Source: Pseudomonadota bacterium
GTDB lineage: Bacteria; Pseudomonadota; Alphaproteobacteria; DSM-16000; Inquilinaceae
Direction of reading: 5' to 3'
Length of the DNA stretch: 64,000 nt
Assembly: GCA_039177555.1 (NCBI GenBank)
Contig: JBCDFV010000023.1
Span: 4,898 to 68,897 of the forward strand
The notes under the pieces are model-generated. The model ran no database searches. It was not told where the DNA came from and saw nothing but the letters and a program-made list of their open reading frames with translations. Below are positions 28,703 through 38,372 of this stretch, piece after piece (position 1 is the stretch's first letter; the number at the start of each line of letters is the position of its first letter). Made by a program: the position numbers and the translations under genes.

Positions 28703-29604
28703 TGCTGCGCGGCATGTTTCCGGCCCTGCTAACGCCGTTCGATGCCGATGGCGGCATTATCGAGCCCGCGTTGGCCGCCCTGATCGACCACAACATCGAC
28801 CAGGGCATGCAGGGCTTCTACGCCGGTGGCTCGACGTCCGAGGCGCTGCTGATGGCCGAACCCATGCGCCACAGGATGCTGGACTTTGTCGCTGAGACGG
28901 TGGCCAGGCGGGTTCCGGTCATCGCCAATGTTGGCTGTATCTCGACGCAGGAAACCGTCTCGCTGGCGAGGCGGGCCGAGGCTGCCGGGTATGACGCCGT
29001 TTCCTTCGTGCCGCCCTACTATTACGGCTTCAGTCTGGACGAAATCCGGCGCCACACGCTTGCGGTGGGCGAGGCGGTCTCGATCCCGGTCGTGCTCTAC
29101 AACATCCCCAGCGCCAGCGGCGTGACGTTCGAACTGGACGCCATCCTGGAAATGCTGGAGTGGGACTTCGTGGCGGGCGTAAAGCACACCTCGCACGATC
29201 TGTTCATGCTGGAACGCATGAAGACAGCGTTTCCGGGCAAATCGGTCTTTGTCGGCCATGACGAGGTTCTGGCCGGCGGCCTGGCCTTGGGCGGCGATGG
29301 CGGCATCGGCAGCACCTATACCGTTCTAGGCCCCAGGATCCTGGCGGTACGCGATGCGATCGCGGCAGGCGATTTCGCCGGCGCCCTGGCCCATCAGCGC
29401 GCCATCAACGACGTCATCCAGACCTTGATCGGCTGCGGCGTTTTGCAAGGCCTGAAAACCTTGCTGCCCGATCTTGGGCTGGAGGGCGGCGTTTGCCGCG
29501 CGCCCTTCAAACCCCTGACCGAGGCGCAGGCAACTGAGCTGCGCGCGGTTTTCCATCGGCACTTTGGCTCGGCCCTGACGCCGGACCGGGCGGTAAGCGC
29601 CTGA
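28702..29604 (+). CDS. DHDPS/N-acetylneuraminate lyase family protein
   Basis: ATG 28702 overlaps the GntR stop. Motifs are MLRGMFPALLTPFDADGGI, GFYAGGSTSEALLM and the active-site Lys region AGVKHTS. The upstream 71 residues in the ORF track overlap the GntR gene. Confidence 0.85.
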   Translation: MLRGMFPALLTPFDADGGIIEPALAALIDHNIDQGMQGFYAGGSTSEALLMAEPMRHRMLDFVAETVARRVPVIANVGCISTQETVSLARRAEAAGYDAVSFVPPYYYGFSLDEIRRHTLAVGEAVSIPVVLYNIPSASGVTFELDAILEMLEWDFVAGVKHTSHDLFMLERMKTAFPGKSVFVGHDEVLAGGLALGGDGGIGSTYTVLGPRILAVRDAIAAGDFAGALAHQRAINDVIQTLIGCGVLQGLKTLLPDLGLEGGVCRAPFKPLTEAQATELRAVFHRHFGSALTPDRAVSA

Positions 29605-29637
29605 AGCAAGCAACACCAAACTGAACGGGAGAAGACA

Positions 29638-31287
29638 ATGTCACCACTGAACGGACGCGCCGGCGGGACCGCGCTTGGCAAGAGGCTGCTGGCCACGACG
29701 GCCGTGGCCCTGACGCTCGGCCTTGCGGTCCCTGCGCTGGCCGACGGCTCGCTTGTCACGGCGCTCGATATGGGGCCGGGCGGCGATGAGGATTCGCGGC
29801 CCTGGTCCAGCGGTGCCGGGCACACCACCCATGTGAAGCAGTTCATCACGCCGACGATCTTCAACGAAGACCTGTCCGCAATCGTGCCCTATGCCGTGGA
29901 GGCGTGGGAGTCCAACGACGACCACACGGTGTGGACCTACACGTTGCGCGACGGGCTATTGTGGTCCGACGGCACGCCGATGACGGCCAATGACTGGGCG
30001 TTCACCGCCGAGTTCATGACCGCGCCGGATTGGGCCGGCGACCGGCCGGGCGACCGCAACCTTTCCCTGTCGGAAGTGGCTGGTTTCGACGCCAAGACCG
30101 CCGGCGACGCTGACAGTCTGGAAGGCATCGAGGTCATCGACGACCAGACCATCCGGTTCACGCTTTCGGCGTCGAACCCGCGCCATTTCGCCAGCCTGTT
30201 CCGATTCTACATCTTGCCGGAACACGCGGTCGATTTCGAACCGGCGGACTATATGACCACGGACTGGTTCCGCGATCCGTCCCGCTTTGTCGGGTCCGGC
30301 CCGTTCGTCGTCGCCGACTACGCACCGGACGAGTACCTGACCCTGGGCGCCAATGAAAACTACTTCCAGGGCCGTCCGGCATTGGACGAGCTGGTGATCC
30401 GCTATTTCGGCGGTGATCAGACGGCCGCGCTGCTGGCGCTGGAGGCGGACGACATCGACTTCACCTATGTCACCGAGACGGACGCGCCGTCGCTGGAGGA
30501 TGCCTACGACATCTTCTCCAACCTGTCGGGCGTCGTGGTCATGACCCGGTTCAACTACAATCTGGTCGACGACGCGTTTTCCGACATTCGCGTGCGTCAG
30601 GCGATCCTTCACGCCATCGACCGGGACGCGATCACGGAGAACATTCTGGGCGGCACCTATGTGTCGATCCCGTGCCCGATCCCTTATGCCGACCTGTGGC
30701 CGGAAGACGTCACAACCTATGGCTACGATCCGGACCGGGCCGCGTCGCTGCTGCAAGAGGCTGGCGTCGATCCGGGCGCGATCTCCATGGAATGGGTCGG
30801 CCATGCCGGTTACGACAACACGGCGCATAACTCCGCGCTGCAGGCGGTCCAAGCCTACCTGTCGCAGATCGGGATCAACGATTTCAGCTATCGCTTTGTC
30901 GATATCCCGACCTTCCGCGCCAGCTATTCGCCTGATGGCGACTGGCAGAACCAGTATCACGGTTTCGGCGTGCCGCGCTTCGGCAACGATGTCGGCCGGC
31001 TGTGGAGCAATGGTGGCGCCTTGGGCACCGGTGTAACCGGCTATGACTACGACGCCGACGGGTTCGCCGACGCTATCGCCGCCATTTCCGCCGCGCCGAC
31101 GATCGACGATTACAATGCGGCCTTGGGCGATTTCTGTCGCCTGCATGCGGAGATGCTGCCCGATCTGCAGATGTGGGTCGGCAACCGCTTCGGCGCCGCC
31201 GATCCATCGATTGCGAACTTCTGGTGGCAGCCGGCCCCGGCGGGCGGTCCCTATCAGGACAACGCCCACACCTGGGCGGTGCAGTAA
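29638..31287 (+). CDS. ABC transporter substrate-binding protein, family 5 (peptide/opine/oligosaccharide type)
   Basis: 549 aa with a signal peptide ending LAVPALADG. It has SBP_bac_5-like length and motifs (WSDGTPMTANDW). Confidence 0.9.
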   Translation: MSPLNGRAGGTALGKRLLATTAVALTLGLAVPALADGSLVTALDMGPGGDEDSRPWSSGAGHTTHVKQFITPTIFNEDLSAIVPYAVEAWESNDDHTVWTYTLRDGLLWSDGTPMTANDWAFTAEFMTAPDWAGDRPGDRNLSLSEVAGFDAKTAGDADSLEGIEVIDDQTIRFTLSASNPRHFASLFRFYILPEHAVDFEPADYMTTDWFRDPSRFVGSGPFVVADYAPDEYLTLGANENYFQGRPALDELVIRYFGGDQTAALLALEADDIDFTYVTETDAPSLEDAYDIFSNLSGVVVMTRFNYNLVDDAFSDIRVRQAILHAIDRDAITENILGGTYVSIPCPIPYADLWPEDVTTYGYDPDRAASLLQEAGVDPGAISMEWVGHAGYDNTAHNSALQAVQAYLSQIGINDFSYRFVDIPTFRASYSPDGDWQNQYHGFGVPRFGNDVGRLWSNGGALGTGVTGYDYDADGFADAIAAISAAPTIDDYNAALGDFCRLHAEMLPDLQMWVGNRFGAADPSIANFWWQPAPAGGPYQDNAHTWAVQ

Positions 31288-31317
31288 CGGTAGCGTCACC
31301 GGGCATGGCTAAGGGGT

Positions 31318-31345
31318 GGGGCGGGTGCATCGCGGCGTCCGCCCC
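31318..31345 (+). other. intercistronic GC-rich hairpin after the SBP gene
   Basis: GGGGCGG (31318-31324) pairs with CCGCCCC (31339-31345) around a 14-nt loop, in the 92-nt gap between the SBP and permease genes. There is no U-tract. Confidence 0.4.
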
Positions 31346-31379
31346 ATCTCGCGCCACCTACCGGCAAGCGACCGATTAA

Positions 31380-32339
31380 GTGACCCGCTACATCATCAGG
31401 CGGCTGCTGCTGGCCATCCCGGTCCTGTTCATGGTGACCGTGCTGGTCTTCGCGCTGATCGAACTGGCGCCGGGCGATGTGGTCGACTTCTTCGCCAACC
31501 CGGAAGTCATGGCCGGCATGTCGGAGGCGGACCTTGAGGCCCTGCGCGAACGGCTGGGCCTCAACGATCCGGCCCCGGTCCGCTATCTGCACTGGCTCGG
31601 CGGCGTTCTGCAGGGGGATTTCGGCTACAGCCTGATCCGGTCCGAACCGGTGGGCGAGTTGCTGCTGCGGCGGTTCGGCAATTCCATGATGATCATGGGC
31701 ATCGGCCTGTTCGTCGCGGTCACCTTCGGCATCTCGCTGGGCATCTACACCGCGCTGCGCCAATACTCGGTTGCCGACTTCACCATCTCGTTTCTGTCCT
31801 TCGTCGGCATCTCCATGCCGGCCTTCATCGCCGGTATCATCGCGCTCTACGTCTTTTCGGTGCAGCTTGGCTGGTTTCCGGCCGGCGGCATGCGCTCGCC
31901 CGGGGTCCACACGCTGGGCGATCTTCTGCACCATCTGATACTGCCCGCACTGGTGCTCTCGATCATCCATATGGCGACCTTCATGCGCTACACGCGCTTT
32001 TCCATGCTGGATGTTCTGAAGCAGGAATATGTCGTCACCGCCACCGCCAAGGGCATGCCGCGCCGCATCGTCGTCATGCGCCACGCCTTCCGCAACGGCC
32101 TGATCCCGGTCGTGACCATGATCGGCTATTCGATCCCGGAACTGGTCGTCGGTGCGGTGTTCCTGGAAACCATCTTCTCGTTCCCCGGCATGGGCAAACT
32201 CTATTTCGACAGCGTCATCTCGCGCGACTTCCCCGTCATCATGGCCGCCAATCTGGTGATCGCCGTGTTCGTGCTGGCGGCCAACCTGATCACCGACGTC
32301 GCCTACGCGGCCATCGATCCGCGCATCCGGCTGGAATAG
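31380..32339 (+). CDS. ABC transporter permease (DppB/OppB type)
   Basis: 319 aa with a GTG start. The N-terminus YIIRRLLLAIPVLFMVTVLVF is typical of the family. The EAA-loop region is present. Confidence 0.9.
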   Translation: MTRYIIRRLLLAIPVLFMVTVLVFALIELAPGDVVDFFANPEVMAGMSEADLEALRERLGLNDPAPVRYLHWLGGVLQGDFGYSLIRSEPVGELLLRRFGNSMMIMGIGLFVAVTFGISLGIYTALRQYSVADFTISFLSFVGISMPAFIAGIIALYVFSVQLGWFPAGGMRSPGVHTLGDLLHHLILPALVLSIIHMATFMRYTRFSMLDVLKQEYVVTATAKGMPRRIVVMRHAFRNGLIPVVTMIGYSIPELVVGAVFLETIFSFPGMGKLYFDSVISRDFPVIMAANLVIAVFVLAANLITDVAYAAIDPRIRLE

Positions 32340-32343
32340 CGCG

Positions 32344-33222
32344 ATGGCCATGACCGAGGTCACGATCGACTCCCCGGCCCGGGTCGCCTGGCGCCGGTTT
32401 CGTCAGCACCGCATCGCCATGGTGGCGCTGGCCGTGTTGGGGGTGATCGTCATCCTGTGCGCGTTCGCGCCGTTCTTTTCTGGCTACGACCCGCTGGGCC
32501 TGAACATGGCCGCGATCCGCCAGCCGCCCAGCGCGGAACACTGGCTGGGCACCGATACGCTGGGTCGGGACGTCTGGACCCGGACGCTGTATGGCGGCCG
32601 CGTCTCGCTGGTGATCGGCCTGGCCGCGGCCTTTCTGTCGACGATCATCGGCATCGTGCTGGGCGTGATCTCCGGCTATTTCGGCAAATGGGCCGACATG
32701 GTGGTCATGCGGGCCACCGACGTGGTCATGGCCTTTCCGCCGATCATCATCATGCTGACCGTGGCGGCGTTCACCGGCCCCGGCCTCGTCAACGTCATCT
32801 TCATCATCGGTGGCCTACGCTGGCCGCCGACGGCCCGCCTGGTGCGCGGCCAGATCCTGCAACTGCGCGATCAGGACTTTGTCACGGCCGCCCGCACGCT
32901 GGGCCTGACCAATGCGATCATCATCACGCGCCATATGCTGCCGCACGTGGTCGCACCCCTGGTCGCGAACATCACCTTCGCGGTCAGCCTGGCGATCCTG
33001 ACCGAGGCGGGGCTGAGCTTCCTCGGCCTGGGCGTACCGCTGCCAACGCCGACCTGGGGCAACATGATGGAGGCCGCGCGCGACCTGCGCATCATGCGTG
33101 AGGAGCCGTGGATGTGGATCCCGCCGGCCATCTTCACGCTGATCACCGTGCTGTGCATCAACTTCGTCGGCGACGGATTGCGCGACGCCTTCGACCCGCA
33201 ACAGCTGATCGGCGAGAAGTAG
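32344..33222 (+). CDS. ABC transporter permease (DppC/OppC type)
   Basis: 292 aa with HWLGTDTLGRDVWTRTLYG, the hallmark of DppC-like permeases. Confidence 0.9.
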   Translation: MAMTEVTIDSPARVAWRRFRQHRIAMVALAVLGVIVILCAFAPFFSGYDPLGLNMAAIRQPPSAEHWLGTDTLGRDVWTRTLYGGRVSLVIGLAAAFLSTIIGIVLGVISGYFGKWADMVVMRATDVVMAFPPIIIMLTVAAFTGPGLVNVIFIIGGLRWPPTARLVRGQILQLRDQDFVTAARTLGLTNAIIITRHMLPHVVAPLVANITFAVSLAILTEAGLSFLGLGVPLPTPTWGNMMEAARDLRIMREEPWMWIPPAIFTLITVLCINFVGDGLRDAFDPQQLIGEK

Positions 33223-33223
33223 C

Positions 33224-34234
33224 GTGGCGGCCCAACCCCTGCTCTCGGTCGACGGCCTGACCACCTCCTTCGGTCGTGGGCCCGGCAAGGTGCGCGCCGT
33301 CGCGGATATGAGCTTCGACCTGGCCGAGGGCGAGGTGCTGGCCATCGTCGGCGAAAGCGGCTCGGGCAAGAGTGTCACCATGCGCTCGATCATGGGCATC
33401 ATCCCGATGCCGCCGGGTGTGATCGAAAGCGGCACGGCCTATTTCGACGGCGCCGACCTGCTGGCCATCGATCAGGAGAGCCTGAGGCGCCTGCGCGGCA
33501 AGGACATTGCCATGGTGTTCCAGGATGCCATGACCTCGCTGAACACGGTCCTGACCGTCGGCCGGCAGATCACCGAGGTGTTGGAAGAACATCTCGGCAT
33601 GACCGGCAGGGCGGCGCGCGACCGGGCGATCGCCCTCTTGGAAGAGGTCGGCATTCCCGACGCCGCCCACCGCATCGACGAATACCCGCACCAATTCTCC
33701 GGCGGCATGCGCCAGCGCGCCATGATCGCGCTCGCCATCGCCTGCGGCCCGCGCCTGCTGATCGCCGACGAACCGACCACAGCGCTGGATGTCACGATCC
33801 AGGCCCAGATCATCGACCTGGTGGTCGGCCTGCAGACGGCGCACGATATGGGCATCGTCTGGATCAGCCATGATCTGGGCGTCGTCGCGCGCATCGCCCA
33901 GAAGGTCATCGTCATGTATGCCGGCCGGGTGGTGGAGCGGGCCACGGTCGAGGATCTGTTCGACGCACCGGCGCACCCCTACACCATCGGCCTGCTCGCC
34001 TCCCTGCCGCGCCTGGATCAGGAACCGGGGGAACATCTGGACTCCATCCCCGGCCAGCCGCCGAACGCGTCGTCGCTGCCGCCGGGCTGCGCCTTCGCGC
34101 CGCGCTGTCCGCTGGCGACCGAGACCTGCCGGGTTGAGGTTCCGCCGGTGATCACGGTCGGCGACGGGCACAAAGCCGCCTGCCACCGGTTGGACGAGGT
34201 TCGCCAGCGCGAAGGTCGCCTGCCATGGACGTGA
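33224..34234 (+). CDS. ABC transporter ATP-binding protein (DppD type)
   Basis: It has Walker A GESGSGKS, signature FSGGMRQR, Walker [12 protein letters not shown] and a C-terminal oligopeptide-type extension with a Cys motif (CAFAPRCP). Confidence 0.9.
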   Translation: MAAQPLLSVDGLTTSFGRGPGKVRAVADMSFDLAEGEVLAIVGESGSGKSVTMRSIMGIIPMPPGVIESGTAYFDGADLLAIDQESLRRLRGKDIAMVFQDAMTSLNTVLTVGRQITEVLEEHLGMTGRAARDRAIALLEEVGIPDAAHRIDEYPHQFSGGMRQRAMIALAIACGPRLLIADEPTTALDVTIQAQIIDLVVGLQTAHDMGIVWISHDLGVVARIAQKVIVMYAGRVVERATVEDLFDAPAHPYTIGLLASLPRLDQEPGEHLDSIPGQPPNASSLPPGCAFAPRCPLATETCRVEVPPVITVGDGHKAACHRLDEVRQREGRLPWT

Positions 34235-35235
34235 CCGCTGCCGCTGCGCCGCCCCTCGTCGAGGTGCGCGACCTGAAGATGCATTTCCCGATCACACGGG
34301 GGATCGTCATCCAGCGGCGCATCGGCGCGGTCAAGGCGGTGGACGGCGTCAGCTTTTACCTGCGGCGCGGCGAAACCTTGGGCCTGGTCGGCGAAAGCGG
34401 CTCCGGCAAGACCACGATCGGGCGCACGATCCTGCGCCTGAACCAGCCGACCGCCGGCGAAATCCGCATCGACGGCAGGGATATCGCGACGGTCGGGCAG
34501 GGCGACATCAGGCGCCTGCGCCCGCGCATGCAGATGATCTTCCAGGACCCCTATGCCAGCCTGAACCCGCGCCTCACGGTCGGCACCATCATCGCCGAGG
34601 CGGCAGTCCATCACGGCATCCTGAAAAAGCGGGACCGGCAGGCCAGGGTCGGCGAGTTGCTGGAGACGGTCGGCCTCGACCCGGCCTTCGCCCAGCGCTA
34701 TCCACACGAATTTTCCGGCGGCCAGCGCCAGCGCATCGGTATCGCCCGCGCGCTGGCGCTCAGCCCCGACTTCATCGTCTGCGACGAGCCGATTGCCGCG
34801 CTCGACGTTTCGATCCAGGCCCAGGTGATCAACCTCCTGAAGGACCTTCAAGGCCGGCTGGGCCTGACCTATCTGTTCATCGCCCACGACCTCAGCGTCG
34901 TGCGGCACATCAGCGACCGGATCGCGGTCATGTATCTCGGCAAGATCGTCGAGATGGCGGACAGCCGGACGCTCTACCACGCGCCCAAGCATCCCTATTC
35001 CCAGGCCCTGTTGTCGGCCGTGCCGATCCCGGACCCGAAGGTGGAGAAACAGCGCCACCGCATCATGCTGACCGGCGACCTGCCCAGCCCCGCCAATCCG
35101 CCCAAGGGCTGCAATTTCTGCACCCGCTGCCCGATCGCCGAGGAAATCTGCCGCCGTGAGGAACCGCCGCTGATCGATCACGGCGACGGCCACCAGGTCG
35201 CCTGCCATTTCGCCAAGCCGGACGCGTCCGCCTGA
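34225..35235 (+). CDS. ABC transporter ATP-binding protein (DppF type)
   Basis: It has Walker [10 protein letters not shown], signature FSGGQRQR, Walker [11 protein letters not shown] and C-terminal CNFCTRCP. Confidence 0.9.
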   Translation: MDVTAAAAPPLVEVRDLKMHFPITRGIVIQRRIGAVKAVDGVSFYLRRGETLGLVGESGSGKTTIGRTILRLNQPTAGEIRIDGRDIATVGQGDIRRLRPRMQMIFQDPYASLNPRLTVGTIIAEAAVHHGILKKRDRQARVGELLETVGLDPAFAQRYPHEFSGGQRQRIGIARALALSPDFIVCDEPIAALDVSIQAQVINLLKDLQGRLGLTYLFIAHDLSVVRHISDRIAVMYLGKIVEMADSRTLYHAPKHPYSQALLSAVPIPDPKVEKQRHRIMLTGDLPSPANPPKGCNFCTRCPIAEEICRREEPPLIDHGDGHQVACHFAKPDASA

Positions 35236-35239
35236 GCCT

Positions 35240-36709
35240 ATGACCAGGCGCCCCAACATCCTGCTATGCATTTCCGACCAGCAGCGGACCGATACGCTTG
35301 GGTTCCTGGGCCGGACCCCGTGCCGGACGCCGCACATCGACCGGCTGGCGCGCGAGGGCACCTGTTTCGTCGACGCGATCTGCCCCAGCCCGATCTGCCT
35401 GCCGTCGCGCGCCTCCCTGATGACCGGGCAGTACCCGCATCAGGTCAATATGATGAGCAACAAGGACACCATCGAAGCGCCACCGCGCCTGACCGATGCG
35501 CTGCGCGGCGCCGGCTACCACACGGCTTATGCCGGCAAATGGCATCTGGAACCGGACGGCCACCCGGCCGCGTTCAAGGGCAGGGAGGCCGAGCTTGGCC
35601 TGCTCGACGTGCACGGCCCCGCCGACGCGGTGCTGGAACGGCGGCGCATCGACGACTGGTTCGATCGCGCCGAAGGCCAGGCCTCCGCCGACTATTCGGC
35701 CTGGTGCGCCGCCCAGGGCTTGCCCGACGGCTGGCCGGTATCCGACGACGATCTGCGCACCAGACGCACGCCGTCGATGTCGATGCCAACGCCCAAGCGG
35801 CAGGCGGACCTGACGGCCGATCAGACCTATGATGGCTGGGTCACCAGCCTGGCCCTACAGTTTCTCGACGAACGCCCGGCCGACCAGCCGTTCTTCCTGG
35901 TCTGCGGCTGGTTCGCACCCCATCCGCCCTTCAAGGTGCCGGACCCGTTCTTCGACATGTATGGCGCCGACTTGGCGCCGGAGCCGCACAATTTCGGCCT
36001 GCAGGGCGGCGAACCGGCCGGTGTCGAGCGCAGCTTCTATCATGCGCTGTTCGAGGATTATGGCGACCGCTGGCCGCCCTGGGCCAGGTCAATGGCCGCC
36101 TATTGGGGCTACACCTCGATGGTCGATGCCCAGTTCGGCCGGCTGCTGGCACGGCTGCAGGCGGAAGACGTGCTCGACGACACGCTGGTCATCTTCTGTT
36201 CCGACCATGGCGAGATGATGGGCAGCCACGGGCTGTGGCACAAAATGGCGCCTTACGAGGAATGCCTGCGCGTGCCGCTGATCCTGCGCCTGCCGGGCAG
36301 CATTGGCGCCGGGCGGCAGGTGACTGGCCCCGCCTCGCTGATCGACGTGCCGGCGACGATTCTGGCCGCCTGTGGCCTGCCGATCCCGGACGTCTATGAG
36401 GGTGCCGATCTCCTGTCCGGCGACCGGCCACGCTACCGCTTCTCCGAGATGCGAAGTCTGGGCGACTGGCATGGTATTGCCGATTTTCGGCTGGTTGTCG
36501 ATGACCGGTTCAAGCGGGTCTGGAACCAGGGCGAGCGTGGCGAGTTCTACGACCTCGCATCCGACCCGTACGAACAGACCAACCGCATCGACGATCCTGC
36601 CATGGCGCCGGATATCGATCGCCTCACCACCGCGTTGATCGATTGGATGCGCAAGACGAGCGACCCGCTGCTCGCCGCTGCCGAAACGGAACTGCTGACT
36701 AGGAAATGA
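35240..36709 (+). CDS. Cys-type sulfatase (arylsulfatase family), no signal peptide
   Basis: 489 aa with NILLCISDQQRTD and the formylglycine motif C-L-P-S-R-ASLMTGQYPH, plus FCSDHGEMMG. The N-terminus has no secretion signal. The start is 4 nt after the ATPase stop. Confidence 0.9.
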   Translation: MTRRPNILLCISDQQRTDTLGFLGRTPCRTPHIDRLAREGTCFVDAICPSPICLPSRASLMTGQYPHQVNMMSNKDTIEAPPRLTDALRGAGYHTAYAGKWHLEPDGHPAAFKGREAELGLLDVHGPADAVLERRRIDDWFDRAEGQASADYSAWCAAQGLPDGWPVSDDDLRTRRTPSMSMPTPKRQADLTADQTYDGWVTSLALQFLDERPADQPFFLVCGWFAPHPPFKVPDPFFDMYGADLAPEPHNFGLQGGEPAGVERSFYHALFEDYGDRWPPWARSMAAYWGYTSMVDAQFGRLLARLQAEDVLDDTLVIFCSDHGEMMGSHGLWHKMAPYEECLRVPLILRLPGSIGAGRQVTGPASLIDVPATILAACGLPIPDVYEGADLLSGDRPRYRFSEMRSLGDWHGIADFRLVVDDRFKRVWNQGERGEFYDLASDPYEQTNRIDDPAMAPDIDRLTTALIDWMRKTSDPLLAAAETELLTRK

Positions 36710-36713
36710 CGGT

Positions 36714-37487
36714 ATGACGACCTTCGACCCTGGGAACGAAACCGAAATCCTGGCGGCGTATGATCGCGATGGCTATGTCGCGTTCGAGCGCTTCCTGGAC
36801 CGGGAGACGATCGACGCGGCCCTGGCCAAGATCGCCGATATCCGCGAGGGGCGCATTGCCGGCATTCCGGACGACCGCATCTACTTCGAAGACCCCGCCG
36901 ACCGCTCGACCCTGAAACAGGTGCAAGAGCTGTTCAAATGGGACCCGTTGTTCGAACGGCTGATGTTCGAGGGCAGGGCCCGGCGTCTGGCGGAAATCCT
37001 GCTGCAGGACGAGGCGGTCGGCCGCAACATGCAGTATTTCAACAAGCCGCCCCGGGTCGGCCAGCCGACGCCGCCGCATCAGGACGGTTATTACTTCATG
37101 CTGAAACCGTGCGTCGCGGTCACCATGTGGCTGGCGCTGGAACCGGTCGACGAAGAAACCGGCTGCGTCCGCTATCTGGAGGGTTCTCACAAGGCCGGTA
37201 TCCAGCCGCATGAGCGCACCCAGACGATCGGCTTCAGCCAGCAGGTCAGCGACTTCGACGGCCTTCGGAGTTCCTATCCAGAGCGCGCCTTTCCGGCCGC
37301 GCCAGGCACCTTGCTGGCCCACGACGCGCGGACGGTCCATTTCGCCACCGGCAATCAATCGCCAACCCGTTCGCGCCAGGCGCTGGGCTTCATCTACTAC
37401 GCCAAGCGGGCGCGCGAAGACCAGGCGGCCCATGCCGCCTATCAGGCCAAGCTGGCGGAGGATTTGCGCGAGCGCGGCGCGCTTTAG
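36714..37487 (+). CDS. PhyH-family Fe(II)/2-oxoglutarate-dependent dioxygenase
   Basis: 257 aa with YDRDGYVAFERFL. The facial triad candidates are H-Q-D in PPHQDGYYF and His in ARTVHFATGN. The Arg is in RSRQALGF. Confidence 0.85.
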   Translation: MTTFDPGNETEILAAYDRDGYVAFERFLDRETIDAALAKIADIREGRIAGIPDDRIYFEDPADRSTLKQVQELFKWDPLFERLMFEGRARRLAEILLQDEAVGRNMQYFNKPPRVGQPTPPHQDGYYFMLKPCVAVTMWLALEPVDEETGCVRYLEGSHKAGIQPHERTQTIGFSQQVSDFDGLRSSYPERAFPAAPGTLLAHDARTVHFATGNQSPTRSRQALGFIYYAKRAREDQAAHAAYQAKLAEDLRERGAL

Positions 37488-38365
37488 CCCTTCAGCCCGG
37501 CCAGTTCGCGCATCATGGCGTAAATCGCGGTCCAGTCCTCGCCGCCGCGCCCTTGTCCGCGCGCCAGCGTGTATTGCTCCCGCGCCGCCGCGCCGAGGGG
37601 CGCCGGCACATTGGCGCTTCCGGCGACCTCCAAGGCCAGGCCGATGTCCTTGTGCGCCAGATCCAGCATGAAGGCAGGCGTCAGGTCGCCCTTCAGCACC
37701 TTGGCGGGATAGGTCGTGTTCATGTGGCCCTGGCCGGCGGCGGTGCCGGCCATCACCCGCCGTGCCAAAGCGACGTCCAGGCCGCTCTTCTCGGCCAAGG
37801 TAAGGGCCTCGGCCGTCAGCACGTTGTTGGCGATCGACATGAAGTTGTTGACGATCTTCATGCGGATGCCCGTGCCGGGGCCGCCACAATCGACCGTTTC
37901 ATCGCCCATGCAGTCGAACGCCGGCTGCGCGCGCGCGATGTCGGACGCCGTGCCGCCGGCAAGGACCAGCAGCTTGCCCTCGATCGCGTGCAGCGAGGTG
38001 CGTCCCACCGGCGCGTCGACCATGCCGATGCCCCGTTCCGCCAGCGCCGAACGAATGGCATCGCTCTCCAGCGGATGGATCGTCGACATATCGACGACCA
38101 ACGCCGATGGCGGCAATGCATCCCGCGCACTGTCGGGGCCGAGAAGGGCTGTCCTGACATGCTCCGCGTTCGGCAGCATGGTGATAACCAGATCGGCAGC
38201 GCCAACAGCCTCCGCCGCCGAACCGGCGCCGATACCGCCATGGTCCACGTGTTTGGCCACGGCGTCGTCCTGAACGTCGAAGCCGGCCACTTCGTGGCCG
38301 CCCTGGACCAGATTGTGGGCCATCGGCAGGCCCATCGTGCCCAATCCGATAAAGGCGATGCGCAT
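37484..38365 (-). CDS. NAD(P)-dependent beta-hydroxyacid dehydrogenase (3-hydroxyisobutyrate/tartronate-semialdehyde reductase family)
   Basis: 293 aa with MRIAFIGLGTMGLPMAHNL and the catalytic Lys region (IRMKIVNNF). Confidence 0.9.
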   Translation of the reverse strand: MRIAFIGLGTMGLPMAHNLVQGGHEVAGFDVQDDAVAKHVDHGGIGAGSAAEAVGAADLVITMLPNAEHVRTALLGPDSARDALPPSALVVDMSTIHPLESDAIRSALAERGIGMVDAPVGRTSLHAIEGKLLVLAGGTASDIARAQPAFDCMGDETVDCGGPGTGIRMKIVNNFMSIANNVLTAEALTLAEKSGLDVALARRVMAGTAAGQGHMNTTYPAKVLKGDLTPAFMLDLAHKDIGLALEVAGSANVPAPLGAAAREQYTLARGQGRGGEDWTAIYAMMRELAGLKG

Positions 38366-38372
38366 GGCCGGC

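Noticed and set aside
29956-31299. 447-aa minus-strand ORF, and similar long antisense ORFs at 34018-35361, 36699-37889, 46047-47210, 40916-42094 and 41697-42899
   Set aside because: Each is antisense to a gene with strong family signatures, and none has motifs of its own. These are the expected consequence of stop-codon scarcity at about 70% G+C.
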